From Eledone cirrhosa (lineage: Eukaryota), in the NCBI GenBank assembly GCA_964016885.1, contig OZ024745.1, positions 24,428,001 to 24,492,000 of the forward strand: a stretch of DNA of 64,000 nucleotides, read 5' to 3'. Made by a program: the position numbers and the translations under genes. This document shows positions 1 to 13,313 of this stretch, piece by piece (positions within the stretch are counted from its first letter, which is position 1; every line of letters starts with the position of its first letter). A model generated the notes under the pieces. That model saw only the letters and a program-made list of their open reading frames with translations. It ran no database searches and was not told the DNA's origin.

Positions 1-1410
1 TTTTATTTGATAAATTAGAAACCGTTCTATTTTCTCTGCGGATATTTCAATCTGAATATCTCTCTAGATGTCTTCTTTGGTCTTTTAATCTTTTAATCAT
101 ATTTCATTACATCACGTCATTTTGTCGACAAATGAACATATTTTATTCTCAGTTACCAAAGCAATATATTATTGAACTGAACTTGATTATTCTTACTTCT
201 GTTGTTTTATATGAACTTATGGTATTTGCCAACCTATTGGACACACTTTCTTTTAAAATAAAGCATTAAAAAATCTTCCCTGCGTCCAATACGCCCGTAT
301 CACCGATGGGGGGGGGAGGAGGGGGAGGACAATCAGGGTTAAAACATCTTTTAATATTACTATTAATACAGTAATACAATACATTTTATATAAGCAAAAT
401 GATGTCGAACTTATATAAGAGATTCTAAGAAAACAATGAAATCATTTTTAATAAATTTATGAACTTTTCAACCAATGTGGGAATGACGCTAGAGCTTTCA
501 AATCTCACATGCATTAATTTCAACTCTTCTTGTCTATAACTACATTGTTTCGTTCCAGGGACTATGATAAAAATAAACCTCATTTGGTCATTCCATGAGA
601 GTGTCTTCTTCAGCCTATGAACATTTCAGTCAATGAGCTTTTCAGCCAACCTTCGTAAGACCCCACATTCAAAAAGAATGGTGGTAAATAGTCAATAGGA
701 TTGATCTCATGTATTAAAACATCGTCTAATGGGTTCAAGACGGACGAAATTGAAAATTTCCTTGGCAAGAATCTATACTCAAACCAAACTAGTATGAAAT
801 GGCATTTAGTCTAACACTTTATTATTGTAACTCCATCCGAATTTCTCATGAGAACAAATAGTTTACTGTTCAAAGAATCACGAAAGAATTATCTCTATTT
901 CATTCTTGTTTAACTCTTACCTTCCTTTGAAGATTTGAAATTTAAAAAAAAATACCCTTCACATTTCATTGCGTAAAAATATTATCATTTGTTATCTAGT
1001 TTCATAACGTTTCTTCTTCCTTCTCATTATCTCGCCTTCTTATCAGCTTCCTCTTCTTTTCTCCACATTCTCTTCACCTTTCTTCTTCAACTTCTTTTCC
1101 TCTCCTTTTTCCTTTGTCGGTGATTGCGAATAATTTCAAAAGAGTCGGATTTTATGTATGTATGTATGTATGTATGTATGTATGTATGTATGTATGTATG
1201 TATGTATGTATGTATGTATGTATGTATGTGTATGTATGTATTTATTTATTTGGCTATACGAAGTTACTTTACAATACAGTAAATGTTTTCAAACTCTTTA
1301 TATTATAAAATTCACTAGTCGAAAATGATTTCCCCATGTTAAGGTCTGATCAAGTTTCCGTTAAAGTTTCGTTGTGAAAACTGGTGGACATCAAAATTTC
1401 ATACATTCCT

Positions 1411-1805
1411 GGTGGATTGGCAGTATCGGTAGAGAGTCGGACGCCATGCTTTCTAGCATAGTTACGTCTCTTTACAGACTGAGTTCAAATCTCACCGAGG
1501 TTAACTTTGCCTTTCATCCTTACGAGGTCGATAAAATAAAATACCAGTAATGTACTTGGTATTGCTGGCCTTGTGCCAAATGTAGAAACAATTATTTATA
1601 TAAGCATCAATGGCGGTAGATTGGCAGTATTGGTAGAAGGTCGGACGCCATGCTTTGCAGCATAGAGTTGCGCCCCTTTACAGTTTGAGTTCAATTCCTG
1701 CCGAGTTCAACTTTGCCTTTCATCCTTACGGGGTCCTATAAAATAAAGTACCAGTAATACACTGGAATAATTGCTGGCCTTGTGCAAAAAGTAGAAACAA
1801 TTATT
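1411..1805 (+). mobile_element. Two adjacent copies of the abundant tRNA-derived SINE
   Basis: A-box TGGCAGTATCGG, B-box GAGTTCAAATC, central TTTGCCTTTCATCCTTACGGGGTCGATAAAATAAAGTACCAG (resembles the Meta/MESC-type SINE domain); the second copy has a ~20-bp TSD AATTATTT(A/T)TATAAGCATCA. Confidence 0.85.
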
Positions 1806-2692
1806 TTTATAAGCATCATAAGTAGAGTCGTGAAACAAAATCAGGGCAAATTTATATAATCTAGTTTCATTGTTTAGATTTCTTTCGTCTGGAATAATAT
1901 TACAGGTTCATTGTGTTCGCATGTCTAGAGGTACCGGGAAATGAAACTCAAATGAATCTGAAAATATTATAGCGACCTGCACCAAGAGAAATAATTATTG
2001 GTTTCTCGAACTAACAATCATCCTTCTATATAGACAGCCTGTTAGAAAGAGCGTGCAAAATCACAGTTGTTACGTAGGTTAGCTGGAAAGTCCCTAGGCT
2101 GAAAAGTTCATAGGCTGACCAGTATACTCTTATGCAATGACCAAATGAGGTTTATTTTTCAACATCGACCCTGGAAAGAAACAACGTGGTTATTAATAAA
2201 CTATGCACATTTCAGTTGACCCCCGTAATCGCTTTCACTGCAGTAGCAGACGACACCACCACCAACAAAAATGACCACAACAGCAACACCAATGTGACTC
2301 ACGGCAACATCTCCACTATTATTAGAGCAAAGAAAAATTTTACAAAAGCTTTTTCCAACAGCAACATCGACTTCACAGTTATACTAACAGCATTTCTACC
2401 AACATACAACGGTCGGCTAAAAAGTTCATATGCTGAAAAGTTCATAGGTTGACCAAGATACTCTTATGGAATTACCAAATGAGGTTTATTTTTCAACATA
2501 GTCCCTGGAAAGAAACAATGCAGTTATAAATAAGAAGAGTTGAAATTAATGCATGCAAGATTTCCCAGTCTAGCATCATTCCTTCATAGGCTGACCAAGA
2601 CACTCTCATGGAATGATCAAATGAGATTTATTTTCAACATAGTCCCTGGAGAGAAACAATGCAGTTATTAATAAAAAGAATTGAAATATAAT

Positions 2693-2861
2693 TGTTTCTA
2701 CTTTTGGCACAAGGCCAGCAATACTCAGTACATTACTGGTACTTTATTTTATCGACTCCGTAAGGATGAAAGGCAAAGTTAACCTCGGCGGGATTTGAAC
2801 TCGGATCGTAAAGGAACGTAACTATGCTGGAAAGCATGTCCGACCCTCTACCGAAACTGCC
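2693..2861 (-). mobile_element. Same SINE inserted into a mariner-type MITE
   Basis: Reverse-complement copy flanked by the TSD AATTGAAATATAAT. Confidence 0.8.
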
Positions 2862-3285
2862 AATTGAAATATAATGCATGCAATATTTCACAGCTCTAGC
2901 ATCACTCGTTCATAGTCAGCCTATAAATGTTTCCGCCGACACTCGTAAAAGAAAATGAGAAGTCATGTTAGATAGTATAGTTTCAGACAGTATGCCTAAG
3001 TCTAAATAAAGAAAAAAAAATAGCTTTGTCACGGATTGGATGTCTTTAATCATAGGGCTGTCTAATCAGGGCTGACCTGCGGCTAGACTATAACAATGAC
3101 AACAATTATTGGTTTCTTTTACAGTTGAGGAAATGTCCGACATTTCATGAGCTTGTATTCAACTGCTGACGACCACTGGTGCACGTGGACATGTCTTGTG
3201 AACATAGCAAATATAAAGAAAAATTAGAACATAAAGAAATATAATAATGATAATGATATCATTGATGATGATGATGATATTGATA

Positions 3286-3329
<44 letters not shown>

Positions 3330-3339
3330 GAAGAAGATT

Positions 3340-3392
<53 letters not shown>

Positions 3393-3752
3393 ACGTTCTA
3401 CGTAATATAACTAGAAAAACATATATAATATTAATCCCTGATGCGACGCATGTGAGGCGTCATAGTGGTAATTATGGATATATATATTTCGTCAGCTGAT
3501 CAATGAAGTACAATTGTATGACACAGTCGACCAATCGCTTCTGATTACAGTTCGTGCCGAGATATTAGTCGCCATATCAAGTATCCAGCCTGGAAGATGT
3601 GTCACTTACTAACATGACCTCAACCATCTACAATAGACGCTCCACAACCATATTGTTCCTATAAGTTTAATAGAGGAAGTTTCGTCCCGTTCTTTCTTTT
3701 AAGGCTGTTCACATAATTATGTAGGAAATGTTATTGTTATTATTATTATTAC

Positions 3753-3809
<57 letters not shown>

Positions 3810-4000
3810 GGGCGGTGAATTGGCAGTATCGGTAGAGGGTCGGATGCCATGCTTTCCAGCATAGTTATGTCCCTTTATGGTCTGAGTTCAAATCCTGCCG
3901 AGGTTAACTTTGCCTTTCATCCTTACGGGGTTGATAAAATAAAGTACCAGTAATACACTGGGATAATCGCTGGCCTTGTGCCAAAAGTAGAAACAATTAT
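3810..4000 (+). mobile_element. Same SINE within a (TTA)n tract
   Basis: Full copy with (ATT)n on both sides. Confidence 0.85.
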
Positions 4001-4024
4001 TATTATTATTATTATTATTATTAC

Positions 4025-4087
<63 letters not shown>

Positions 4088-4202
4088 CCCCAATAGCATC
4101 ATCATCATCATTCATATTAATATATTATTATTTATAAAAATATACTCACCCATCTCTCTAGCCCTCTCTCTATCTCTATATCTCTATCACTCCCCCTCTT
4201 TA

Positions 4203-4355
<153 letters not shown>

Positions 4356-4383
4356 GTGTGTGTGTGTGCGCGTGCGTGCGTGC

Positions 4384-4467
<84 letters not shown>

Positions 4468-4690
4468 ATGCGTGGGGATGAATGTACGCAATTAAGACCA
4501 TCGATTGCCCTAACTTGTAATTAAATACATCCAGAAAATGAAAGCTAGCCTCTAGCCCAAGCCAGACATAAACCATACACCTATACTCGACCTCAGACAC
4601 CCCTATCTGACGGGGCAATGATCAACTAAATAACACACATTCTTCCAACACTATCCTTACCTCCCGTTGAACCAACCACCAACCCACCTA

Positions 4691-4726
<36 letters not shown>

Positions 4727-4893
4727 TGTATGTATGTATGTATGTATGTATGTATGCATGTATGTAAGTATGTACGTACATACGTAAGTATGTATGTACG
4801 CATGTACGCATGTATGTCCGTACGTACATATGTATGTATGTATGTACGCATGTATATATGTATGTACGTACGTACATACGAACGTATGCATGC

Positions 4894-4963
<70 letters not shown>

Positions 4964-5031
4964 CAAGGTCTAGCAAATAGAGAAAAAGTTTTTAAATAAA
5001 TTTTAAAAAATTCGCTGTACTTACTATATGT

Positions 5032-5113
5032 GCCTTTACCACGGTTTCATGTTCCTGAATAAACGGAAAATGCAAGCGGATTTTCATTGAGAAGGGAGCA
5101 ATCTTCAGAAGGC
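5032..5113 (-). ncRNA. Minimal type-I hammerhead ribozyme (inverted partner of 5543-5624)
   Basis: GCCTT-CUGAAGA..GAAA-CCGTGG-UA-AAGGC on the minus strand. Confidence 0.78.
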
Positions 5114-5542
5114 TCTTCCCCCTCGGAGAATATAAAATACCCGAGTTCAGATCACTAACTGACGCCATACAAAACCAGTCCCAAATGAGAGCGGATGATG
5201 AAAGAAATAATTCCGTCTGGTGCCGTGTGCAAAGACAAAAGGCAGGGTGGACAGATTGGAATACGGTTGGATAATACTTGTTTCCCTATATGTATTTTTT
5301 ACACGTAGGAATTCATACTTTATTATTATTGATCTCCCCCTAAGGTAGAGATAAAATGTTGGCCGTTTGGACTGCTGTTATTTCTAGTGGTAGGACATTG
5401 ACCTGTCCACCCTGCCTTTTGTCTTTGCACACGGCACCAGACAGAATTATTTCTTTCATCATCCGCTCTCATTTGGGAATGGTTTTGTATGGCGTTAGTT
5501 TGTGATTTGAACTCGGGAATTTTATATTCTCCGAGGAGAAGA

Positions 5543-5624
5543 GCCTTCTGAAGATTGCTCCCTTGTCAATGAAAATCCGCTTAGATTTTCCGTTTATTCT
5601 GGAGCATGAAACCGCGGTAAAGGC
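5543..5624 (+). ncRNA. Minimal type-I hammerhead ribozyme (Penelope type)
   Basis: Stem I GCCTT/AAGGC, CUGAAGA, stem II TGCTCC/GGAGCA, then GAAA-CCGCGG-UA (palindromic stem III, GUA cleavage triplet). Confidence 0.85.
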
Positions 5625-5819
5625 ACATATAGTAATTACAGCGAATTTTTTAAATTTTATTTTAAAACTTTTTCTCTATTTGCTAGAACTTGATTTTATA
5701 TGTTCTGGCTTGTTAATTTATTAACCCGCCATAGAACCACATTGGCATACGGTTGGATAATACTTGTTTCCCTATATGTATTTTTTACACGTTGGAATTC
5801 ATACTTTATTATATATATA

Positions 5820-6035
5820 GGAGACGATCGACTTTCGTCAAATCGGACCGAGGGAAGAGTGTTTCCGTTGGTCTTTCCAATTGCTAATACTATATATCGG
5901 TCGCAACTCCAGGTAGAAGGAGCAGCGTGAAATAAAGTGTCTTGCTCAAGGACATAACGCATCGCCTGGTCCAGGAATCTAACTCACAACCTTACGATTG
6001 CGAATCCAATTCTCTAACCACTCAGCCACACGCCT
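5820..6035 (-). mobile_element. tRNA-derived CORE-type SINE (a related remnant lies at ~7055-7290)
   Basis: Minus strand TGGCTGAGTGGTTAG..GAGTTAGATTCC followed by the CORE-like TGTCCTTGAGCAAGACACTTTA. Confidence 0.7.
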
Positions 6036-6802
6036 TATATATATATATATATGTATGTATGTATGTGAATATACATTGTTCGGGATACGGAGAAAGGGGA
6101 GACAATAGATGTGGTACAACTCAGCACATGTGTATGTACACGGTATAGAATTCAGTAAAATCTCAGCTGACAGCCCGCTCTGGCTGGCTTGCAATGGGGG
6201 GATCGTTCGCTTCTGACTATTTAGACCTGCTTGAGATGAAGGACAGGGTTAGCCAGGTCAGGAGGGATAGCATGTGTTTCAGATCAATTCAATGATGTCA
6301 GAATTGAGTAGTCCTTGCTGAGGGGGTCTTGTAGCGGAGTGGGGGTATAGGAGGTGTACAAGTGTCATGGTTGAAGTTACGTTTAACAAATTAAAGTTTA
6401 ATAAATGATGGAGCTACGTACAGTTGAACAGAATGAAAGCCACAGAGCATATTTGGAGAAGGGTATTCGGTAGGGGAGGAAGTAGGAGAATACAATATTA
6501 TGATAGTAGTACAATTATATTTCAAGGTAACAGTAGGAATCAATAAATAAATTACTAGTAGTTTGATGGTGGAATTAGAGTATGAGATTGCTTGTATAGC
6601 TGTAAAGTTGTCCTCTACTTGATCTTGCTTCCCACCCTTGCTTTGAGCACCATGGAATTTAGACCTCAACAGTAGTAACGATAGAATTAAGAAATGTTGC
6701 TATTAACAGCTAATCATCAGAAAATTCTCTGTGAGTTTAATAGATAGTAATAACAATGAAAATTATTGAGTACAGTGTTCAGGAGCACTACAAAAACATA
6801 AA

Positions 6803-6849
6803 CACATTTAATCGATTTTCGGATCTACTTGGGCCCTCACCAGAAGGTG
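6803..6849 (-). ncRNA. Degenerate hammerhead motif
   Basis: CACCTT-CUGGUGA-GGGCCCAAGTAGATCC-GAAA-ATCGAT-UA-AATGTG; core A>G change, so probably inactive. Confidence 0.55.
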
Positions 6850-7329
6850 TGTATATCATTCAAACATTTTCATTATATATTTATTTCTATGTTATCTATT
6901 GAGCCCTTGTGTTCTAGTTTGGCATGTTTGTATAACACCGATTAGCTTTTCTGCCCCTTAAGTTTTCATCAGTATTCCTCTACGGACTGTCTCACTTGTG
7001 TGCATCTCATCCTATAGACTACATTTCTAGTTTTACACTATATATATATATATCAGACCTCTCCGGATTTCCGTGACGTCAAGCGACTAAGGAAACGTTG
7101 CTCCCACCCCCGAACAGGATGCCAGTCCATCACAGGATTAAATCACCAGCTATTGCTGGTACTCATTTTCAGTTGAGTATACTGGAGTAATGGGAAATGA
7201 CGTGTTTTGCTCAAGAACACAACACAACCAAGAGCCCAGTCCAGGAATCGAACCTATGATATCATAATTGTAAGTCCCAAACCCTCCATATATATATATA
7301 TATATACGTGTGTGTGTATGTGTGTGTGT

Positions 7330-7381
<52 letters not shown>

Positions 7382-7498
7382 TCCTAGAAAGGAACAATGC
7401 AGTTAATAATATGAATTGAAATCAACGCGTGAAAGGCAAGACTTTACAGCTCTAGCATCACTCCTTCGTAGTCAGCCTATGAACTTTTCAGCCTATCA

Positions 7499-7559
<61 letters not shown>

Positions 7560-8028
7560 TGTTTCTCTGAATCTTGTTTGCGTTGAATCAAGAGAAAAAG
7601 ACAATGAAATAAATAAAGAATGGTGTAAAATAAACTGCATATAGGTCATGAAGAATACTAAATAATCTGAGAGACTATTATGAAATACTTTCCATCAACA
7701 CTGAAGCAAAGGTTACTCAGGTAGGCGGCCTTTTTTTTTGTTGTTGTTTATTTCCTCTTTGTTTTCGTTTTTGGTTTTCTATTTTTCCTTGATTATATTT
7801 TCTTCTAGAGCAATAAATCATATAAACACTTACAAAACACACAAGCAAAAGAAAATGCCATATTGCATGTATCTAACTATCTAACTAACTTATCTATCTC
7901 TCTAGACTCTATTTCCATCTCATTTCTATCAATCTAACTTTCTATTGGTGTTGTTGTTGCTACTGCTGCTAACGATGATGGTGTAGTTGATGGTGATGTT
8001 TGTGGTAGTTGTGATTATAATGGTATAT

Positions 8029-8099
<71 letters not shown>

Positions 8100-8135
8100 A
8101 GGAAATTATAGTTTACTTGAAGCATTGCGTAGTGA

Positions 8136-8472
8136 GGTATAAACGTTTGGAGTTATAAGGCCAGAACAATGCAGGTATGGATATAGAATATAAATACAAA
8201 TGCAAAAGATATTGCTGACAATTAGTCTCTTACCTTAAATTTATTTGAAGATCCTTAATTTTCGAGATAATATCTCTTCTTCGGAGGGAAGTAAAGGGGT
8301 TAATCCAGTGTTCTAATTCGAACACTGGATTAACACCTTTACTTTCCTCCGAATAAGAGATATTAAGGATCTTCAAATAAATTTAAGGTAAGAGACTAAT
8401 TGTCAGCAATATCTTTTGCATTTGTATTTATATTCTATATCCATACCTGCCTTCTAACTCCAAACGTTTATA

Positions 8473-8474
<2 letters not shown>
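8136..8474. repeat. Fold-back inverted repeat between (TA)n tracts
   Basis: Centre CCAGTGTTC-TAATTC-GAACACTGG; the arms differ by small indels. Confidence 0.85.
8252..8288 (-). ncRNA. Hammerhead-like variant within a fold-back repeat
   Basis: CCT-CCGAAGA-A-GAGATA/TATCTC-GAAA-AT-UA-AGG; non-canonical core and only a 2-nt stem III loop. Confidence 0.4.
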
Positions 8475-8558
<84 letters not shown>

Positions 8559-8662
8559 TTATATATATATATATATATACATATTTATATATATACACGT
8601 ACTCTTTTAGGAAAAACTGTATAGAGTGTAAGATAAGCCAACAGATAAATTATAAAATTAGA

Positions 8663-8951
8663 AATGTAGTCTCTAGGATAAGATGTGCAGATGGACGATG
8701 TAGAATAAGACATACATAGGAGAGACAGCCCGTAGAATAGGCGAGAGATTAAAGGAACACTGGCGAGAACTTAAGGAGGAGAAAAGCTCTTCAGTTCTAT
8801 AGCAACATGCCAAACTAGAACACGAGGGCTCAATAGTTAACGTAGAAATAAAGATCCTATCCACACAGAACTTTCGCGACTCTCAGACAAATTACAGAGG
8901 CCACAAACATAATAGGAGATAGTCCTAGCCTGAACAGAAGACGCAAGTAAC
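8663..8951 (+). mobile_element. Penelope-like GIY-YIG endonuclease fragment
   Basis: Manual translation: [44 protein letters not shown], with stops and frameshifts. Confidence 0.75.
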
Positions 8952-9224
8952 AGGTTTGTGTCAATGTGTCTAACCTGGGGTTGAATAACTTAGAACTAAA
9001 CTGAGCTTCAGTTATTATTATTTGTAGTAAGGGCGGTGGATTGGCAGTATCGGTAGAACGTCGGACAATATGCTGTGTCGCATATAGTTACGGCACTTTA
9101 CTTTATTATTAAACCAAAATACTCAAACTTAAAAATCGATGCCTATGTATGTTGATGTTCTCTCTCTCTTTCACTCACTGCCTCCATCTCTCTCGCTCTC
9201 CCCATCTATCATAATTATGTTCAA

Positions 9225-9695
9225 ATGGGAGCCCACGCGTCGGACACCCAGTAGTTCCGGTGGACAGAATAGAGAATGCGCTTACCCGGAGGATGGTGAG
9301 GGAGATGCCTTGGAAGAGCCATTCCAACTTGCGAGGTTCACACCTGCGGGTAGCCAACTCCGTGCCATTGGTGTTGAGTAGGGATGTGGTCCTAGGACCA
9401 AGAATACCAGAAGTCTCCACTGCTATGGACTCGACTGTAAACCTGTCGGAAAGCGACCAACATTTGGAGAGTTTACCCTCCTCGGTCCGAAGTGCGGCAG
9501 AACCTGGATTAGTCGTAAACTGCACCAGATTGCCGGTGGGGAAAATGTCGCTGCATATGACATCGCTGATGAGGTGTTTACCGCCTCGGACCGGGAAGAT
9601 GGTCATGCCATCTGGCCTTTTGCCATCCCCTCGATCCAGCCCCGCCGGCTCGAGCTTGGAGGGGAAGGCTGCAGCATCCAAGCCATGCTTTATAA
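9225..9695 (-). mobile_element. 3' fragment of an RLE-type (CRE-like) non-LTR retrotransposon
   Basis: LEPAGLDRGDGKRPDGMT..DV..D..E.GKLSK..IAVETSG..WLFQGISL: a PD-(D/E)xK restriction-like endonuclease signature. Confidence 0.8.
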
Positions 9696-9822
9696 ACACA
9701 TTTAGGTATTTATACTGTCACACAATCTTATCTAATTTGAGAATGTCGTTATAAATATAAGCCAAGAATAAACATTTTAAGCCTTCAAGATACGTAAATT
9801 ACTTTATCAAATGTATTTCTCT

Positions 9823-9894
9823 GGTTCCATGGTGTAGTGGTTATCACGTTTACTTTACACGCAGAAGGTTGTCAATTCGAAACTCACTGGAGCC
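9823..9894 (+). pseudogene. tRNA-Val(TAC) pseudogene
   Basis: Same body with mismatches in the anticodon and T stems and a damaged B-box. Confidence 0.7.
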
Positions 9895-10155
9895 TCTAAA
9901 CTTCTATGTTTTTATAATTTGTGTAGTGTCATATTTTTTACATGCTCTGTTTAGTTACTCGATGATTTCAATTTCTAGAACTGTATATTTTACCTAAGAT
10001 GGAGACGAGACTGACCGGTGTTAGACAACTGTACCAGCTTTAGAAGCTAAAGATAGCTAACTGATCATATAGAAAAATGATTGTTAAACAACGGTTTCTA
10101 AATTTAAACTGTTTCTAAGTTTCATAAGACAATATTTGTAACAGAATGATCCTAT

Positions 10156-10228
10156 GGTTCCATGGTGTAGTGGTTATCACATCTGCTTCACACGCAGAAG
10201 GTCGTGAGTTCGAAACTCGCTGGAATCT
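10156..10228 (+). tRNA. tRNA-Val(CAC) on a Val(TAC)-type body
   Basis: Same as 10921 except anticodon loop TTCACAC and one G-U pair in the acceptor stem. Confidence 0.7.
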
Positions 10229-10535
10229 CTGTTCTTTTTTGTTTTGTTTTTTTGTTTTTAATTTGTGTAGTTTCATATTTGTTATAGGCTCATATATTTC
10301 TTTCATTTATCCACACGATGGTTTCAACTTCCAGTGTTTTGTATTTTTCCTAAGATGGAAATGAGGTGACCTCTGTTTTACAACACTACCACCCATGGAC
10401 GCTAAAATAGGTAACTGATCATATCAAAGTGTTTAGATCGTTAAACAACTCTTTCTAAATTTGAACAGCTTTCACTAAACTGAAACAAATGTAAATGTGT
10501 TTGATAAGACAATATTTGTAACGGAATAATTGTGT

Positions 10536-10572
10536 GGTTCTATGGTATAGTGGTTATCACATCTTCTGGAAG
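10536..10572 (+). pseudogene. Internally deleted tRNA-Val pseudogene
   Basis: 5' half joined directly to CTGGAA; same upstream flank as the other copies. Confidence 0.65.
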
Positions 10573-10920
10573 TTTTGTTAGCATTTAACATTTAACATTT
10601 CGAAATCTTCTATTTTTATCTTTAATTTCTTCGTATATTTTAGTTGTTACTGCAGTTTTTAAATTTATTGAAATTATAGAAACATGTTATATAGAAGAGG
10701 CTTAATACTATAGGATAGAAAACATTTGTTAGCAGGTCTGCGTAAATGTGTCTAAAGGCTGAACAGCTACAGTATGTGTCTTAGAACTAAACTGTGCTTT
10801 ATAAACACAGAGGGGATATAACATTTTTGCGTCACGTGTAAAAAGAAGACACATCTTTTGCTAAATTGAAACAAATGTAAAGATATTTATAAGGCAATAT
10901 TTGTAGCAAATTAATCATAT

Positions 10921-10993
10921 GGTTCCATGGTGTAGTGGTTATCACATCTGCTTTACACGCAGAAGGTCGTGAGTTCGAAACTCGCTGGAACCT
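10921..10993 (+). tRNA. tRNA-Val(TAC), the best-preserved copy of the array
   Basis: GGTTCCATGGTGTAGTGGTTATCACATCTGC-TTTACAC-GCAGAAGGTCGTGAGTTCGAAACTCGCTGGAACC; all stems pair; discriminator position is T. Confidence 0.85.
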
Positions 10994-11684
10994 TTGTTAG
11001 CTTCTGACATTTTTAGAAATCTTTTTTATCTCCATCATTAATTCCTACGTTTATTTTTGTTGTTACTGCATCTTCTTTAATTTTGTGTAATTATTGAAAG
11101 GCATGTTATATAAAGGAGGCTTGAAAATGAAATACATGAGGTCTTATATTACAAGATAGAAAACATTTGTAGGTAGGTCTGTATCAATGTGTCTAAGCAA
11201 AGGCTGAATTAAATATCTTAGAACTGTGAATATAAGTCAGGAATAAACATTTTAGGCATACAAAATACGTATAATGCTAAATTATTTTATGTAATGCTTT
11301 CGTGTGGTTCTGAATTGAAACAAATCTAAATATGTTTGATATGGCAACATTTGTAACGAATTAATCATATGGTTCCATGGAACCTTCGATTATCGTTTTT
11401 TTTTTATATTCTTGTTGTGTCGTACTTGTTAAAGACTCAGATATTTCTTCCATTCATTGACCCGATGATTTCAGTTTCCAGTGCTTTATAATTTTACCTG
11501 TGACAGAATGGGGCTGACCCGTGTGATACAACTGTACAAGATTTAGACGCTAAAGAGAAATAACTGATCACATCATAGTATTTAGATCGTTTAACAAGTG
11601 TTTCTAAATTTGTACATCATTTGTGGAATCAAAACAAATGTAAACGTGTTTGATAAGGCAATATTTGTAACAAAATACTTGCGT

Positions 11685-11756
11685 GGTTCCATGGTATAGT
11701 GGTTATCAAGTCTGCTTCACACAGAGAAGGTCGCGAGTTCGAAACTCGTTGAAAGC
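11685..11756 (+). pseudogene. tRNA-Val(CAC) pseudogene
   Basis: Same body with broken anticodon and acceptor stems. Confidence 0.7.
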
Positions 11757-12367
11757 ATTTTTTTTTTTATAGGCTCAGATATTACTTCCATTAATTTACA
11801 CTATGATTTCAATTCCCAGTGTTGTATATTTTAAATTCTATCATCTCATGGTCGATATATGTTGACCAAAACAAACAGAACTTTTTAGTCAGGTTTTCCC
11901 TTAAAGTTTCTCTCTTTTTCTCTCTAAGAAACCGCTACGTTGTCTCGAATATAGAGCCTTGGGAGATCATTCACAGAATAGCTTTCTCCAGAAATGAAGA
12001 AATGTAGACCAAGAAGTTGGCAATTTCTTTTCATAGAAATACAAATATATTATTGTAACAATGAAAAGATTGTCTACTGTACATTGTAGCAAGAAATGAT
12101 AATAAAATACTCTGAAGTTCAAACGTTCGAATCTGTATAAAACAATTGATAAAAAAACTTACTTATGTTTTTACTGTTTCTCCTATTATAACTATTGTGA
12201 GTTCGAATGCGAAGGGTATAAACATTATATGATATTCTAACTGTAATTTTCTTCAAATTACTACACACAGGCTGTCTTTACAAGCAAACCAGAAAATAAA
12301 GGGAAATATCAAAATATATCCTTGTGTTAATGCAATATTTCATACTTTCTTGCATTTCACCGTCAGT

Positions 12368-12439
12368 GGTTACATGGTGTAGTAGTTACCACACATGTGT
12401 TGCACGCAGAAGGCTGCAACTTCAAACCTAGCTGGAGCC
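12368..12439 (+). pseudogene. Highly decayed tRNA-Val-derived copy
   Basis: GGTTACATGGTGTAGTAGTTACCAC..CACGCAGAAGG..CTGGAGCC. Confidence 0.6.
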
Positions 12440-12468
12440 AGTATTCGAAGAATATTTTGAGTATATTA

Positions 12469-12617
12469 CCGTATATACTCGATCCCACTAGAAAGACATC
12501 TTATGTCGGAGAAATGGGCAGAAATCCAAACCTTATTTACGTAGTTGGTGAAAATCGTCAAAATATTGACCCCGAATATATGCCGACCCCACTCGACTTA
12601 TATTCGAGTATCTACGG
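12469..12617. mobile_element. Tc2/pogo-like MITE
   Basis: TIRs CCGTATATACTCGA / TCGAGTATCTACGG flanked by TA. Confidence 0.7.
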
Positions 12618-12872
12618 TAATGTTTATCTTAACATATTTTATTAATAATATTGATGTTAAATATGTAAAGCGAATTTAGATGAAATGTGTTTTGAAACGA
12701 CATCTGGAGAATGGCTTATATGATAGGTTTTCTGGAAGGGGGCTGATCTATGTAATAAAACAGTAGCAACCTTAGAAACTAAAGATACACGACTGATATC
12801 ATAGTAATTCGAACGTTAATCGTGCTTCTAAATCAAGGATAATATTATCAAACTGTTATTGCTATCAAAATT

Positions 12873-13313
12873 AATTTTTCTACTTTTGGCTCAAGGCCAT
12901 CAATTACCCAGTACATTACTGGTACTTTATTTTATCGATCCCGTAAGGATGATAGGCAAAGTTAACCTCGGCGGGATTTGAACTCAGACCGCAAAGGGAC
13001 GTAACTATGCTGGAAAGCATGGCGAGTACTAAATACACTCAATACAGTCTTATATAATCTGCTTAATATTATCAGTCGGTTAAAGGTGGTGGATTGGCAG
13101 TGTCGGTAGAGCGTCAGACAATACCCTTTATGGTATAGTGTTACGCCTCTTTACGATCTGAATTCAAATCCTACCGAGGTTAGCTTTGCCTTTCATCCTC
13201 GATCAATAAAATAAAGTACCAGTAATGCACTGAGGTCTATTTTATCGACCCCCCTCTCCCCATAAATTGTTGGCCTTGTGCATAAATCAGAAACGAATAT
13301 TATCAGTCGGTTA
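12873..13313. mobile_element. Divergently oriented pair of the same SINE
   Basis: Minus copy at ~12873-13023; plus copy at ~13084-13295 with an 18-bp TSD AATATTATCAGTCGGTTA (13065-13082 and 13296-13313). Confidence 0.85.

Larger units (their letters stand above)
4961..5811. repeat. Inverted repeat (4961-5255 / 5402-5695) plus direct repeat (~5260-5326 / 5747-5811), pseudo-LTR-like
   Basis: Arms are diverged reverse complements, each carrying a hammerhead; starts at a (TA)n tract. Confidence 0.85.
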
